Assembly: GCA_021814005.1 (NCBI GenBank)
Contig: JAKAJC010000003.1
Coordinates: 15,934 to 79,933 of the forward strand
Length of the DNA: 64,000 bases
Origin: Candidatus Micrarchaeota archaeon
Lineage (GTDB): Archaea > Micrarchaeota > Micrarchaeia > Anstonellales > Anstonellaceae
Direction of reading: 5' to 3'
The notes under the pieces were generated by a model. That model saw only the letters and a list, made by a program, of their open reading frames with translations. It searched no databases and was not told the DNA's origin. Each line of letters begins with the position of its first letter. The first letter of the stretch is position 1. Shown in pieces: positions 44,388-53,947 of this stretch. The translations under genes were made by a program, and so were the position numbers.

Positions 44388-44423
44388 CAAAATCAGATTT
44401 TTTGCGTCAAAATCAGATTTTTT
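44388..44423. repeat. 16-bp perfect direct repeat caaaatcagatttttt x2 separated by 4 nt. It overlaps the 3' end of the histidine-phosphatase gene and lies upstream of the dehydrogenase gene.
   Basis: Read directly: caaaatcagattttttgcgtcaaaatcagatttttt. Confidence 0.5.
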
Positions 44424-45015
44424 CGCAAATCACGTGCGCATTTCTTACCCGTAAATCCCAAAGCTGGGGAGGTTTGCGGCCTGTCAATATGCTCACGCAC
44501 GCAAGAATAAACACGCCGTGCGAGACAAGGACAACTTCTTTTCCTCCGTATTCGCGCCGCATGCGGGCAAGGAATTTGCGCGCTCTTTTCACAATGTCCT
44601 CCCAAGTTTCGCCGCCCGGCACGCGGTGCACGTAGTGGCTTAAGCTGCCGTCGCTTTTGCGGAAGAAATAGTCTGGATGGGTTTTCGTCATCTTGGCCGC
44701 AGACAATCCTGTCCAGCGGCCCAAGTCATGCTCAAATGTTTCGGGCGCAATTTCAATCTGCATGCCGAATTTACGCGATAAATAATGCGCAGTGCTTCTG
44801 GCTCTTTTCATCGGGCTTGACAAAATAACGTCTGGCTTCACTTTCCAATTCTTGGCCAATTCGCGCGCCTGCCGCCGGCCAAGCGCGGTAAGCGGCACGT
44901 CGCGTCGGCAGCCGTTGAAAATGTGCGCCTTGTTGCCGGCCGCCCTGCCGTGGCGCACCAGGCACAAAATGACGCCGCTGCCGTTCGCGCGGCCCGAGGC
45001 TGCCTTTCCCCCCAT
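44413..45015 (-). CDS. Histidine phosphatase (phosphoglycerate mutase family) protein, paralog A.
   Basis: ILCLVRHGRAAGN (RHG catalytic motif). About 200 aa. Similar to the next gene. Confidence 0.7.
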   Translation of the reverse strand: MGGKAASGRANGSGVILCLVRHGRAAGNKAHIFNGCRRDVPLTALGRRQARELAKNWKVKPDVILSSPMKRARSTAHYLSRKFGMQIEIAPETFEHDLGRWTGLSAAKMTKTHPDYFFRKSDGSLSHYVHRVPGGETWEDIVKRARKFLARMRREYGGKEVVLVSHGVFILACVSILTGRKPPQLWDLRVRNAHVICEKI

Positions 45016-45016
45016 C

Positions 45017-45676
45017 TTACAACCTCACTGCCTTGCAATTCGGCACATCCTGTCTCCTGAAAATCTCCTCATCCTCAAGCCCGTAGCGCACGCCGTATGC
45101 CACGTTGATGAAGTCTGAATGCGACACAACCGCAATTCGCATGCCAGCATATTTTGTGTCAGCCCATTTGAAGAATTTTGCAGCCCGTTTTTTTACATCA
45201 TCCCAGGATTCGCCGCCGGGAGTGCGAAGGGTGTAAATCTGCCCGCTGGCCTCGTCGCGGTGGAACCAGGCCCGCAGCGCCGGGTCAGCCATCACTTCGT
45301 CCAGACTCTTGCCGCTGAACTCGCCGTAATCCTGCTCCTGCACAAGCTTGCAGAAGTCAAGTTTCATCTTGAATCTGTCTGCCAGCGCCCATGCGGTCGC
45401 GGTAGCGCGCGTGAGCGGGCTTGTCACAATCGCGTCAGGCTTCCATGGCCAGCGCTTTGCCATTGCCCGCGCCTGCGCCCTGCCTTTCTCTGTAAGCGGC
45501 GCGTCTATCCTGTTTCCATTGAGCATGTGAAGATTGTTTCCTTCAGCCTGTCCGTGCCGAATCATCCAGATAAAAGCGCGTTTTGGATTGGCCATGCTCT
45601 TTTCCATCGCATGATAAATTTTAAACCGCGCCGACTGCGGCCGAACCGAAATACGGCCGGCTGTCTCTCCTCCCAA
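45017..45676 (-). CDS. Histidine phosphatase (phosphoglycerate mutase family) protein, paralog B.
   Basis: FIWMIRHGQAEGNNLHMLNG...PLTEKGRAQARAM. Tandem duplicate of the preceding gene. Confidence 0.7.
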   Translation of the reverse strand: MGGETAGRISVRPQSARFKIYHAMEKSMANPKRAFIWMIRHGQAEGNNLHMLNGNRIDAPLTEKGRAQARAMAKRWPWKPDAIVTSPLTRATATAWALADRFKMKLDFCKLVQEQDYGEFSGKSLDEVMADPALRAWFHRDEASGQIYTLRTPGGESWDDVKKRAAKFFKWADTKYAGMRIAVVSHSDFINVAYGVRYGLEDEEIFRRQDVPNCKAVRL

Positions 45677-45798
45677 AGCCGGCGTTTCTTTCCCTCGCCC
45701 CTTCCGGCAAACCTATTTAAATTTCTCGGCGAATGGATTAACCATCTTCTGCTTAGTGAGCAGGATATCCTCCAATCGAGGTCTTAGAGGTTTTACTC

Positions 45799-47988
45799 AT
45801 GGTCCGCAAGGAATACGTCGTCGAAGAAGTTCAGAAAATGATGAGCAATCTGGTGAACGTAAGAAACGTCGCCATCTGCGCCCACGTCGACCACGGCAAA
45901 ACCACCATGACAGACTCATTGGTGGCAAGAGCAGGTCTCATTTCCAAGGAATCTGCCGGCGACCAGCGTGTCATGGACTTCGACGCGCAGGAGCAGGCAA
46001 GAGGAATCACAATCAAGGCCGCCAACATCTCACTCGCTTTTCAGATGAATGACAAGGACTGGCTGGTCAACCTCATCGACACACCCGGCCACGTCGACTT
46101 CGGCGGCCACGTTACGAGGGCCATGCGCGCTGTTGACGGAGTGGTTCTGGTCGTCGACTCAGTCGAAGGCGTCATGCCGCAAACCGAAACAGTGCTGCGC
46201 CAAGCCCTCAAGGAAAAGGCAAAACCAGTCGTTTTCATCAACAAAATCGACCGCCTGATTAACGAATTGCAGCTCAACGACGAGCAGATGCAGGCGCGTC
46301 TTCTCAAAATCATCACAGGCATCAACAAGCTCATCGAGCAGTACGGCCCTCCAGAATTCAAGGACGAGTGGCACATCGACGTCAAGAAAGGCAACATCGC
46401 CTTCGGTTCGGCCTACCACAAATGGGCCGTGTCAATCAAGGCCATGCAGAAATTCAACATCAAATTCTCCGACATCTTCGCCCACTGCCGCAAGGCCGAG
46501 CACAAAATCCTCCAGGAAAAGGCCCCGCTCGACGAGGTTCTTTTGGGCATGATTCTCGAACACCTGCCCAACCCCCTCTATGCGCAGAAATACCGCATTC
46601 CCCAGATTTGGAAAGGCGAGCCCGACTCTGACGACGGCAAGGCGCTCATCGCATGCTCGTCCGAAGGCAAGACAATCGGCGTGTGCATCGGCGTGGTGAA
46701 CGACCCGCATGCAGGCGAGGTCGCAATCGTGCGCCTCTTCTCCGGCCGCGTAAGAAAAGGCGACATGCTTTACATGGCCGCAAGAATGGCTGAAGAAAAA
46801 GTCCAGCAGGTGGCCATTTACATGGGCCCCGACCGCGTCATGGTGGACAATGTCATTGCCGGCAACATCGTCGGCATTGTCGGCTTGCGCGACGTTTTCG
46901 TGGGCGAGACGGTCTCCACCGGAGAGGTGGTGCCCTTCGAGTCCATCAAGCACTACTCTGAGCCTGTCATCACCAAATCCATCGAGGCCAAGGATTCCAA
47001 AGACCTCACAAAACTGATTATGGTGCTGCGCGCTCTCGGCAAAGAGGACCCCACCCTCAAGGTGGAGCTCAATCAGGAAACCGGCGAACACCTTATCTCG
47101 GGCATGGGAGAGCTGCATCTGGAAATCATCACCTACAAAATCGAGAAGGAGAAGGGCGTGCCAATCACGACCTCCCCGCCGATTGTGGTCTATCGTGAAA
47201 TCGTTACCGGCAAGTGCGAGCTTGTGGAAGGCAAATCGCCCAACAAGCACACCAAGATAAAATTCTCGGTCGAGCCTGTCGAGGAAACGGTGATGGCCGC
47301 CATGCTGGAGGGCAAGATTCCCGAAGGCAAGCCCAAGGGCAAGCAGATTGTCGAGGCGCTGGTGGAAGCCGGCCTGCCCCGCGTAGAGGCAAAGGCAGTG
47401 TTGCACATCCACAACCGCTCGCTCCTCATCAACGACACCCGCGGTGTCCAATACCTCAACGAAATCATGGAGCTCATCATTCAGGGCTTTGAAGAGGCAT
47501 TGGACAAAGGCCCGCTGTGCAAAGAGCGCGTGTTCGGCGTCAAGGTCAAGATTCTGGATGCCACAATCCACGAGGACCCGGTGCACCGCGGCCCTGCCCA
47601 GATTATTCCGGCCACCAAGAGGCCTCTCTATGCCGGCATGCTCATAGCGGGCGTGCAGCTGCAGGAGCCCAAGCAGAAGATAACCATTCTGGTGCCGGCC
47701 GACTACATGAGCGCCGTCATCACAATGATTAACGGGCGCCGCGGCCAGATGCAGGACATCCAGCAGGAAGGCGAGGCGGCCACGCTCTTGGCGAAAGTGG
47801 CAGTTGCGGAAATGTTCGGCTTTGCCAACGATTTGCGCAGCGCCACGCAGGGCCGCGCCATCTGGTATCAGGAATATGCCGGCTACGAGCCGCTGCCCAG
47901 AGAGCTGCTGCTCAAGACTGTGAAGAGCATCCGCGAGCGCAAGGGCGACAAGCCCGACCCGCCCACGCCGAATGACTTCCTGGACTAA
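45799..47988 (+). CDS. fusA: Translation elongation factor 2 (aEF-2).
   Basis: VRNVAICAHVDHGKTTMTDSLVARAGLIS (G1), DTPGHVDFGG (G3), NKIDRL (G4). 729 aa. A conserved aEF-2 C-terminal region with the diphthamide-loop His is expected but not inspected in detail. Confidence 0.9.
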   Translation: MVRKEYVVEEVQKMMSNLVNVRNVAICAHVDHGKTTMTDSLVARAGLISKESAGDQRVMDFDAQEQARGITIKAANISLAFQMNDKDWLVNLIDTPGHVDFGGHVTRAMRAVDGVVLVVDSVEGVMPQTETVLRQALKEKAKPVVFINKIDRLINELQLNDEQMQARLLKIITGINKLIEQYGPPEFKDEWHIDVKKGNIAFGSAYHKWAVSIKAMQKFNIKFSDIFAHCRKAEHKILQEKAPLDEVLLGMILEHLPNPLYAQKYRIPQIWKGEPDSDDGKALIACSSEGKTIGVCIGVVNDPHAGEVAIVRLFSGRVRKGDMLYMAARMAEEKVQQVAIYMGPDRVMVDNVIAGNIVGIVGLRDVFVGETVSTGEVVPFESIKHYSEPVITKSIEAKDSKDLTKLIMVLRALGKEDPTLKVELNQETGEHLISGMGELHLEIITYKIEKEKGVPITTSPPIVVYREIVTGKCELVEGKSPNKHTKIKFSVEPVEETVMAAMLEGKIPEGKPKGKQIVEALVEAGLPRVEAKAVLHIHNRSLLINDTRGVQYLNEIMELIIQGFEEALDKGPLCKERVFGVKVKILDATIHEDPVHRGPAQIIPATKRPLYAGMLIAGVQLQEPKQKITILVPADYMSAVITMINGRRGQMQDIQQEGEAATLLAKVAVAEMFGFANDLRSATQGRAIWYQEYAGYEPLPRELLLKTVKSIRERKGDKPDPPTPNDFLD

Positions 47989-47999
47989 GTCAAACGCGA

Positions 48000-48060
48000 A
48001 TTTTTCTTTTATTTTTCAATTTTATCTTTCTTTTTCAATTTTCATTTTTTCATTTTTCCG
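48000..48060 (+). terminator. Oligo-T terminator after aEF-2 (tttttcttttatttttcaattttatctttctttttcaattttcatttttcattttt).
   Basis: Long T-rich tract immediately 3' of the stop codon. Confidence 0.5.
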
Positions 48061-48226
48061 CCTTAACCATAGCTTTAAATTGGATGACGCCAAATTCATT
48101 GTTCAATCCTAACAGAGGGGGTGAAGACATGGGTCCTGGAAAGAAGCCTTGCTGCGGTTGCTAAACAAAATCAATCATGCTTTTCTTTTTAGTTTTCTCT
48201 TTTCTATCATCTTGTTGTTGATTTTC

Positions 48227-49075
48227 ATGCCTCTCGGTTCACTTGTCCGCATTGCGCTGGTGCAATTCACGCCCCAGCCGGCCCAAGTGAGTCAGAATCT
48301 TCTCATTGCCTCGGCCCTGTGCGGGCAGAAGAAGGCCGATGTCTGGCTTTTCCCCCATCTTTTCAGCATAGGGGCGGATGCGGCAGGGGTGGAGAGCTTT
48401 GGCCGCATGGCTGAAGAAGAAAATGGACCTACGCCTTCGTTCCTGCGCAAGCTTGCAATGGAAAAGAAGGCCTATGCAATCGGTTCGTATTTGGCTCTAA
48501 ACCCGGCAGCCCCCAAACTTCCATTCGTTCGCTCTGTTGCCTACAACTCGGACGGCATTCGTGTCGCCTCCTATGACCAAATTCATCTCTCTTCCATCAC
48601 GGGTGAATCCACCCATCTCTCCGCAGGCGAGCGCCTTCCATTCTTCGACTGCCTCACTTTTCGCTCGGCCATGTTCAGCTCCTATGATTTGCGCTTTCCC
48701 GAATTGGCCAGAGAATTCGGCCTTTCTTGGGGTTTCTTCCTTTTTGTGCAGGGCGCATTCCGACAAGACGAAATCCACCAGTGGGATGCGCTTCTGCAGG
48801 CCAGAGCTGCTGAAAACCAGATGTTTGTCATAGGATGCAATTTCTCGCATTCTCCAGATTCAGCCGAAGAAAATCCTTTCGGAGGGCATTCTGCCGTTTA
48901 TGATCCTGCGGGCAAAAAGCAGCATCAGGCCGGAACCAACGACCAAGTGCTTATTCTTGACATTGACCCGTTCCAGGTGGAATGGAACCGCAACAGGCAT
49001 CAGCATCTTACTGATTCCAAAATGAAACTGGCACATCGTTTTGTATTTGAAAGCGAAGAAGACCCCGACAAATAG
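48227..49075 (+). CDS. Carbon-nitrogen hydrolase (nitrilase superfamily). Start placed at ATG 48227 (track ORF begins at 48149 with an implausible AT-rich leader).
   Basis: VRIALVQFTPQ at the N-terminus. CN-hydrolase Glu-Lys-Cys triad context (DQIHLSS..., FDCLTFRSAMFSSYDLRFPE, MFVIGCNFS). Confidence 0.7.
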   Translation: MPLGSLVRIALVQFTPQPAQVSQNLLIASALCGQKKADVWLFPHLFSIGADAAGVESFGRMAEEENGPTPSFLRKLAMEKKAYAIGSYLALNPAAPKLPFVRSVAYNSDGIRVASYDQIHLSSITGESTHLSAGERLPFFDCLTFRSAMFSSYDLRFPELAREFGLSWGFFLFVQGAFRQDEIHQWDALLQARAAENQMFVIGCNFSHSPDSAEENPFGGHSAVYDPAGKKQHQAGTNDQVLILDIDPFQVEWNRNRHQHLTDSKMKLAHRFVFESEEDPDK

Positions 49076-49084
49076 CTGCTGAGC

Positions 49085-49780
49085 CTACTTTAGCCTCGCC
49101 AATACCTTCTCGTCTGTCAATTCCCTTATCGCGTCTGCGGCAATCCAGCGGGCCGCGGCAGAGTCTGGATTGTTTTTCGCAATCCTCCGCGCGCACGCAA
49201 CCGCCCTTATATTCAGGGCCATATTCCGTTTGCCAATGCCGCGCAAGGCCCAATTGACTGCCTTTTTCACAAAATTTCTCTCGTCGCGCGCAGCACTTTC
49301 GATGATGGGCAGAAGCGCAGCAAACTTCTCGTCCCCCGCCTTTTTGTCATGGCTGGCCAGAGTTGCCATCATTGCAAATCCCGCACGCTTGACAAATTCC
49401 TCTTCGCGTGCGCTCCACTCCTCAACCTTGCTCCACGCAAACGGCGTTTTGTCAAACAAATTCCCGCAGCACTGGTCGCACACGTCCCATGAATTGAACC
49501 CGCGCACCCATTCCTCCATCTGCTCCTCATCCACTTCTGCCGGATTATCCACAATAGAGGCAAGTATGCGCGCCTCATGAATATTGCTTTTCCACAGCGC
49601 GAGCGCGAGCCGGTGATTTGGGTGGAGCTTTCTCTTGCTGGCCATCTCACGCAAATAAGTGACAGACACTCCAAGAGCCGTTTTGGTGTCTATTCCAAAC
49701 CGCGCCATTCCTTCGCGGTTTTTCGCGCTGGCGCGGGTGCGCATCTGTTTGATTATTTCCTCAGCACTAACCGAATCCAT
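49085..49780 (-). CDS. DNA alkylation repair protein (AlkC/AlkD-like HEAT-repeat glycosylase family).
   Basis: Helical-repeat protein with NREGMARFGIDTKTALGVSVTYLREMA and WDVCDQCCGNLF, characteristic of the DNA_alkylation family. Confidence 0.6.
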   Translation of the reverse strand: MDSVSAEEIIKQMRTRASAKNREGMARFGIDTKTALGVSVTYLREMASKRKLHPNHRLALALWKSNIHEARILASIVDNPAEVDEEQMEEWVRGFNSWDVCDQCCGNLFDKTPFAWSKVEEWSAREEEFVKRAGFAMMATLASHDKKAGDEKFAALLPIIESAARDERNFVKKAVNWALRGIGKRNMALNIRAVACARRIAKNNPDSAAARWIAADAIRELTDEKVLARLK

Positions 49781-49830
49781 AACATTTCAACGTCGCTGGG
49801 AATTATAAACTGCGCCTGAGCGATTTTCCT

Positions 49831-50118
49831 ATGGCTGAATCACAAACCCCCTCATCCAAGCGCGAGGTGCGCATCCACCTCACCAATGCGGCCGCCAAAA
49901 TAGTGTCTGCCGAAGAGGCGCCCATGCTGGTCAAGCTCGCATGGAAAGAGATGGAACAGAAAAAGGAGTTCAACCTCTTCCGTTTTGTGAAACTCGGTGT
50001 CTGCCTGATTCGCGACGGCGACGATTTGACCATTATGACCGAGAAAGAAAAGGCAAAAGCGCTTGGCGAGAAGATGAAAGAAACCGAAGTCGTGCCCGAG
50101 AAGGGAATTGCGGGGTAA
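49831..50118 (+). CDS. Small hypothetical protein (95 aa).
   Basis: ORF track. Charged, no motif. Confidence 0.4.
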   Translation: MAESQTPSSKREVRIHLTNAAAKIVSAEEAPMLVKLAWKEMEQKKEFNLFRFVKLGVCLIRDGDDLTIMTEKEKAKALGEKMKETEVVPEKGIAG

Positions 50119-50607
50119 ATGCGGGAGTTCCGGTTGAAGGCGTTTTTTATGTCATTTATTCATCCAAAAAGCGATGTTGACAAAAAAGTCAAGCTCTCAC
50201 CCAACACCTATATCGCCGCATTTGCCGCAATACGCGCCGACGAGGGCGAAATCCGCATCGGCAAATGCGTCAGCATTCAGGAAAGCTGCGTGGTGCACGG
50301 GCCCGGCGTTGAAATCGGTGACAACGTGACGATAGGGCATGGCGCAATTGTGCACGGGTGCAAGGTTGGCAGTAATGTGCTTGTCGGCATGCACGCCACT
50401 CTTCTTACTGGCTGCGAAATAGGCGAATGGAGCATTATTGCCGCAGGCGCGCTGGTGCCCGAAGGCATGAAAATTCCGCCAAGAAGCGTTGTGATGGGTC
50501 TGCCGGCCAAGGTGGTGCGCCAATGTACCGATGCCGACATAGAGCGCATCAAATTCTCAAGCCAGAGCTATCTGAACAAGCTGGAAAAAATGAACAAAAA
50601 AGATTAG
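50119..50607 (+). CDS. Gamma-carbonic-anhydrase-like / hexapeptide-repeat (left-handed beta-helix) protein.
   Basis: Repeating [LIV]G-x-x-x-x hexapeptides: IGKCVSIQESCVVHGPGVEIGDNVTIGHGAIVHGCKVGSNVLVGMHATL. His residues are positioned as in gamma-CA/PaaY. Confidence 0.7.
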   Translation: MREFRLKAFFMSFIHPKSDVDKKVKLSPNTYIAAFAAIRADEGEIRIGKCVSIQESCVVHGPGVEIGDNVTIGHGAIVHGCKVGSNVLVGMHATLLTGCEIGEWSIIAAGALVPEGMKIPPRSVVMGLPAKVVRQCTDADIERIKFSSQSYLNKLEKMNKKD

Positions 50608-50622
50608 CGTTTTCTTTTGCTT

Positions 50623-51591
50623 CTAGCCCAAAATCAGGTTAAACAAATATCCCGTTAGCGTGAATGCCACAAACAGCACCAGTGCGAAAACGGCCAGCAG
50701 TTTGGGCTTTAGCACACGCCGCAAGATGACCATCTCGGGCAAAGACAGGCCGATAACAGCCATCATGAATGCAAGCGCTGTGCCTGCCGCCATTCCTTTT
50801 GACATCAGCACGCCGACAATGGGCACCATCCCCGCCGCGTTGGAATAAAGCGGAATGCCAATCAGCACTGCAAGGGGAACGGCCAGCGGGTTGTCTTTGC
50901 CTGCAAACGAGAGCAAAAAGTCGGCCGGAGCATAGCCGTGAATAAGCGCGCCAATTCCTATGCCGACCAGCAGGTAAGGCAGCACGGTCCAGGTGATGCG
51001 AACAGATTCTGATTTGGCAAATTGCAGGCGCGAAGCCCAGTTCATTTTTTTCTCTTTTGCGGTGTTTTTATTGGCACGGGCTGATGTTTTTGTTTTATCT
51101 CTCACGATGTCCTCCAGCTCGTTTTCCAATTTCAATCTTCCAATAACAATGCCGGCCAGCACCGCGATGACAAAGCCTGAGCCGATGTAAAGGACCGCGA
51201 TTTGCCAGCCGAACATGGCAAACAGCATGGCTGCCGCCACCTCGTTAATCAGGGGCGAGGCAATGAGAAATGAAAATGTGACTCCAAGAGGCACGCCCGC
51301 CTCCACAAGGCCCAGAAACATGGGCACTGCCGAGCATGAGCAGAATGGGGTGGGAATGCCCAGAAGGGCGGCCAAAACATTTCCTACGCCCTCCCGCCGC
51401 CCGCCCAAAAGCCGCTTGATTCGCGCAGGCGTGACAAAAGTGCGGACTATGGCCACAACAAAGACAACAAGAGCCAGAAGAATTGTTACCTTGAGCGAAT
51501 CCTCTACAAAAAAGAGAGCGCTCTCGGCCATGGGGCCGGGAGCCATCTTAAGAAAAGAAAAAACAAACCAATTGGCCAGTATGTCGAGCAT
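50623..51591 (-). CDS. ArsP-family (DUF318) permease.
   Basis: GIPTPFCSCSAVPMF is the TPFCSCS motif typical of ArsP organoarsenical permeases. Two-repeat polytopic topology. Confidence 0.6.
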   Translation of the reverse strand: MLDILANWFVFSFLKMAPGPMAESALFFVEDSLKVTILLALVVFVVAIVRTFVTPARIKRLLGGRREGVGNVLAALLGIPTPFCSCSAVPMFLGLVEAGVPLGVTFSFLIASPLINEVAAAMLFAMFGWQIAVLYIGSGFVIAVLAGIVIGRLKLENELEDIVRDKTKTSARANKNTAKEKKMNWASRLQFAKSESVRITWTVLPYLLVGIGIGALIHGYAPADFLLSFAGKDNPLAVPLAVLIGIPLYSNAAGMVPIVGVLMSKGMAAGTALAFMMAVIGLSLPEMVILRRVLKPKLLAVFALVLFVAFTLTGYLFNLILG

Positions 51592-51616
51592 AACCTAATT
51601 CAACCGCTTTCTTTCT

Positions 51617-52252
51617 TTAACCCTTGCGGTTTTTGCGGAACTGCTCGAGCTTGAAGCGCGCAATCACGTCATTGCTTTCTTCCCATTTGATGTTTTTCAT
51701 GTACGCCTCAATGTAGCTCTTGCGGTTTGTGGCATAGTCAATGAAGTAGGCGTGCTCATACACGTCAAGCACCAGCACCGGAACCGCGCCCCAGATGCCT
51801 CCCTGATTGTGCAAATCGCACACAAAGTTGTGCAGGCGGCCCTCTTCCAAATCCATGGCCAGCACCACCCAGCCTCTTGACGCAATTCCTTCCGCCTTGA
51901 ACTCTTCCGCCCATGCGGCAAAAGAGCCGAAATCCTCTGCAATCCATTTCGCAATGGTGCCGTCCGGCTCGGGCGCTTTGCCGCCAAGGCCGTCAAAGTA
52001 GAATTCGTGCAGGCGCACGCCGTTGAGGGCAAATGTTTCCTCCACCTTCAATTCACGCAATTGCGAGAAGGTGGCGTTGGTTGTCGACTTGTCAACTGTT
52101 TCAAGCGCCTTTCTAATCTCGTTGGTTTTCTTCACATAGCCCGCATAAAGCACGTCATGGTGCTGGCTGATTTGCTTTTCAGACAACCCCTCAAGTGAAG
52201 TGTATTTTGTCGGCTTGACAACTTTTTCTGGAATAGACACCATACCGCTCAC
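51617..52252 (-). CDS. sod: Superoxide dismutase, Fe/Mn family.
   Basis: N-terminal ISQHHDVLYAGYV (metal His pair) and C-terminal LVLDVYEHAYFIDY (D-x-W/Y-E-H-A-Y-Y). Confidence 0.85.
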   Translation of the reverse strand: MSGMVSIPEKVVKPTKYTSLEGLSEKQISQHHDVLYAGYVKKTNEIRKALETVDKSTTNATFSQLRELKVEETFALNGVRLHEFYFDGLGGKAPEPDGTIAKWIAEDFGSFAAWAEEFKAEGIASRGWVVLAMDLEEGRLHNFVCDLHNQGGIWGAVPVLVLDVYEHAYFIDYATNRKSYIEAYMKNIKWEESNDVIARFKLEQFRKNRKG

Positions 52253-52297
52253 CTCGAATCTGATTTCACACCTTATTGAGGCACTAACTGCCGCAGG

Positions 52298-52330
52298 CTA
52301 TAAAATAAGTTTGGTTACGGGGAGGTAACC
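52298..52330. promoter_or_regulatory. TATA box (ctataaaata) plus an adjacent perfect palindrome GGTTAC-N6-GTAACC, upstream of sod and downstream of the PCNA gene.
   Basis: Read directly. On the sod coding strand the palindrome lies just upstream of the TATA box. The PCNA terminator oligo-T tract follows. Confidence 0.45.
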
Positions 52331-52375
52331 TAAAAAAACGGAAAAGAAAAAATCGAAAAAGACTATTTCACTTTT

Positions 52376-53152
52376 CTAGTCGCTCTCAATTCTGGGCGCC
52401 AAATAATAATTCAATTTAGCCCCTTCCACTTCATATTCAATTTTCACCGGCGCGTTTGTTTTCAAATTCAGGGTAAGCGGCGCGGCGTCGGGGCATGCTT
52501 TTGTGATGTCTTCCAGATACTGGAGCGGGAAAGTCGATTTGGAGGGAGCGGTTGCCTTCAATTCAATGATTGTGGAAGAGTCTTTCTCCTGCTCAACCAG
52601 CAAATCCGAAGAATCTCCGTGGCATTCAAGCTTGAAGCCGTCCTCTGTTGCCTGCAATGACAGGTGCGTGGAAACCAGCGCCGCATCGCGCAGCTGGTCC
52701 TTGAATGTACCGCCCAGCATCTTGACCACCACGTCGGCGGCCACATTGGGCTCCCGTCCGGCGCCAAGAGGCATCTCAAGCACCGGAATCTTGAAAGATT
52801 TCTTGTGCTTGCCGGCAAAGAAGCGGATGGCCACCTTGTTTTCCTCTTGTGCCACTTCCAGCTTCTCGCCGCCCTGCGCGCGCGAAAGTATTTTGGACAA
52901 ATTGTCGAAATTCAGGCCAACGCGCACGGATTCATTCACATCATATTCAACAAACGCGTTTTTGGGCATGGTGAAGCTCACCATGGCGATTTGCGAGGGG
53001 TCCATGGCCTTGAGCGTGAGTCCGGACGGGGTGACGTCGAGCGCGCCCTCGTCAATAAGATTTACAATGGAGTCAATGGCGTTCTTGAACTTTCTGGCAT
53101 CTTCGACGACAAAGCGGAACATAGTAAAACACCTGCAAATATGACTTTGCAC
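52376..53152 (-). CDS. pcn: DNA polymerase sliding clamp PCNA. Likely start at MFRFVV (about 53122).
   Basis: MFRFVVEDARKFKNAIDSIVNLIDEGALDVTPSGLTLKAMDPSQIAMVSF is the canonical archaeal PCNA N-terminus. About 250 aa. Confidence 0.85.
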   Translation of the reverse strand: MQSHICRCFTMFRFVVEDARKFKNAIDSIVNLIDEGALDVTPSGLTLKAMDPSQIAMVSFTMPKNAFVEYDVNESVRVGLNFDNLSKILSRAQGGEKLEVAQEENKVAIRFFAGKHKKSFKIPVLEMPLGAGREPNVAADVVVKMLGGTFKDQLRDAALVSTHLSLQATEDGFKLECHGDSSDLLVEQEKDSSTIIELKATAPSKSTFPLQYLEDITKACPDAAPLTLNLKTNAPVKIEYEVEGAKLNYYLAPRIESD

Positions 53153-53209
53153 TCCCAGTCCGCAATTCTTCTATGAACCTTTTAATTCTTCCACATCCCC
53201 ATTACCGCC

Positions 53210-53932
53210 ATGACTTCAACCAGCCTGCTCTTTCAAAACGACAGCTATCTCAAAACATTTGAGGCAAAGGTGCTCGCTGTGCGCCCCGATGGCGGCCTGA
53301 TTCTTGACCAGACCTGCTTTTACTACAATTCGGGCGGCCAGCCGTCCGACAAAGGCAAGCTGGTGCGCGTTTCCGACGGAGTAGAAGCCGAAGTGAAGGA
53401 AGTACGGAAAATGGACGGCGAAGTGGTCCATATTCCGGCCTCACCATCGCATTTTGCGGTTGATGATGTTGTCAAGGGAGAAATCGACTGGCAGCGCCGC
53501 CACCAGCTCATGCGCATGCACACTGCCGGCCACGCGCTCTCGGCAGTTTTCTTCAAGAGCGGAGTGCTCATCACAGGCAACCAGCTGGACACTGACAAGT
53601 CGCGCTTTGATTTCAGCCTCGAGGAATTCGACCGCGCGCTCATCGACTCAATCATAGCCGAAACAAATGCCGAATGCGCCAAGGGCTTGGCAGTGCGTGT
53701 TTATTCCCTGCCCCGCGAGGAAGCCCTCAAACTGCCGGGCATGGTGAAACTGGCCGGAACTCTTCCGCCCTCGCTCACCACTTTGCGCATTGTGGAAATA
53801 GTCGGCCTTGACGTGCAGGCCGACGGCGGCACGCACGTGAAAAACACCTCCGAAATAGGCAAAATAGAGCTGGTGAAGCTGGAAAACAAAGGCGCTAAAA
53901 ATAGGAGAATCTACTTTACGCTAAAACCCTGA
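53210..53932 (+). CDS. alaX: Alanyl-tRNA editing protein AlaX (AlaRS editing-domain homolog, AlaX-M type).
   Basis: RRHQLMRMHTAGHALS (H-x-x-x-H zinc motif) and a C-terminal region with a conserved Cys/His site. 240 aa. Confidence 0.65.
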   Translation: MTSTSLLFQNDSYLKTFEAKVLAVRPDGGLILDQTCFYYNSGGQPSDKGKLVRVSDGVEAEVKEVRKMDGEVVHIPASPSHFAVDDVVKGEIDWQRRHQLMRMHTAGHALSAVFFKSGVLITGNQLDTDKSRFDFSLEEFDRALIDSIIAETNAECAKGLAVRVYSLPREEALKLPGMVKLAGTLPPSLTTLRIVEIVGLDVQADGGTHVKNTSEIGKIELVKLENKGAKNRRIYFTLKP

Positions 53933-53947
53933 GCACAAAACTCGTGT

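Noticed and set aside
46432-47586. 384-aa minus-strand ORF
   Set aside because: Antisense to aEF-2, whose identity is unambiguous. Long stop-free antisense frames are expected with GC3-rich codon usage.
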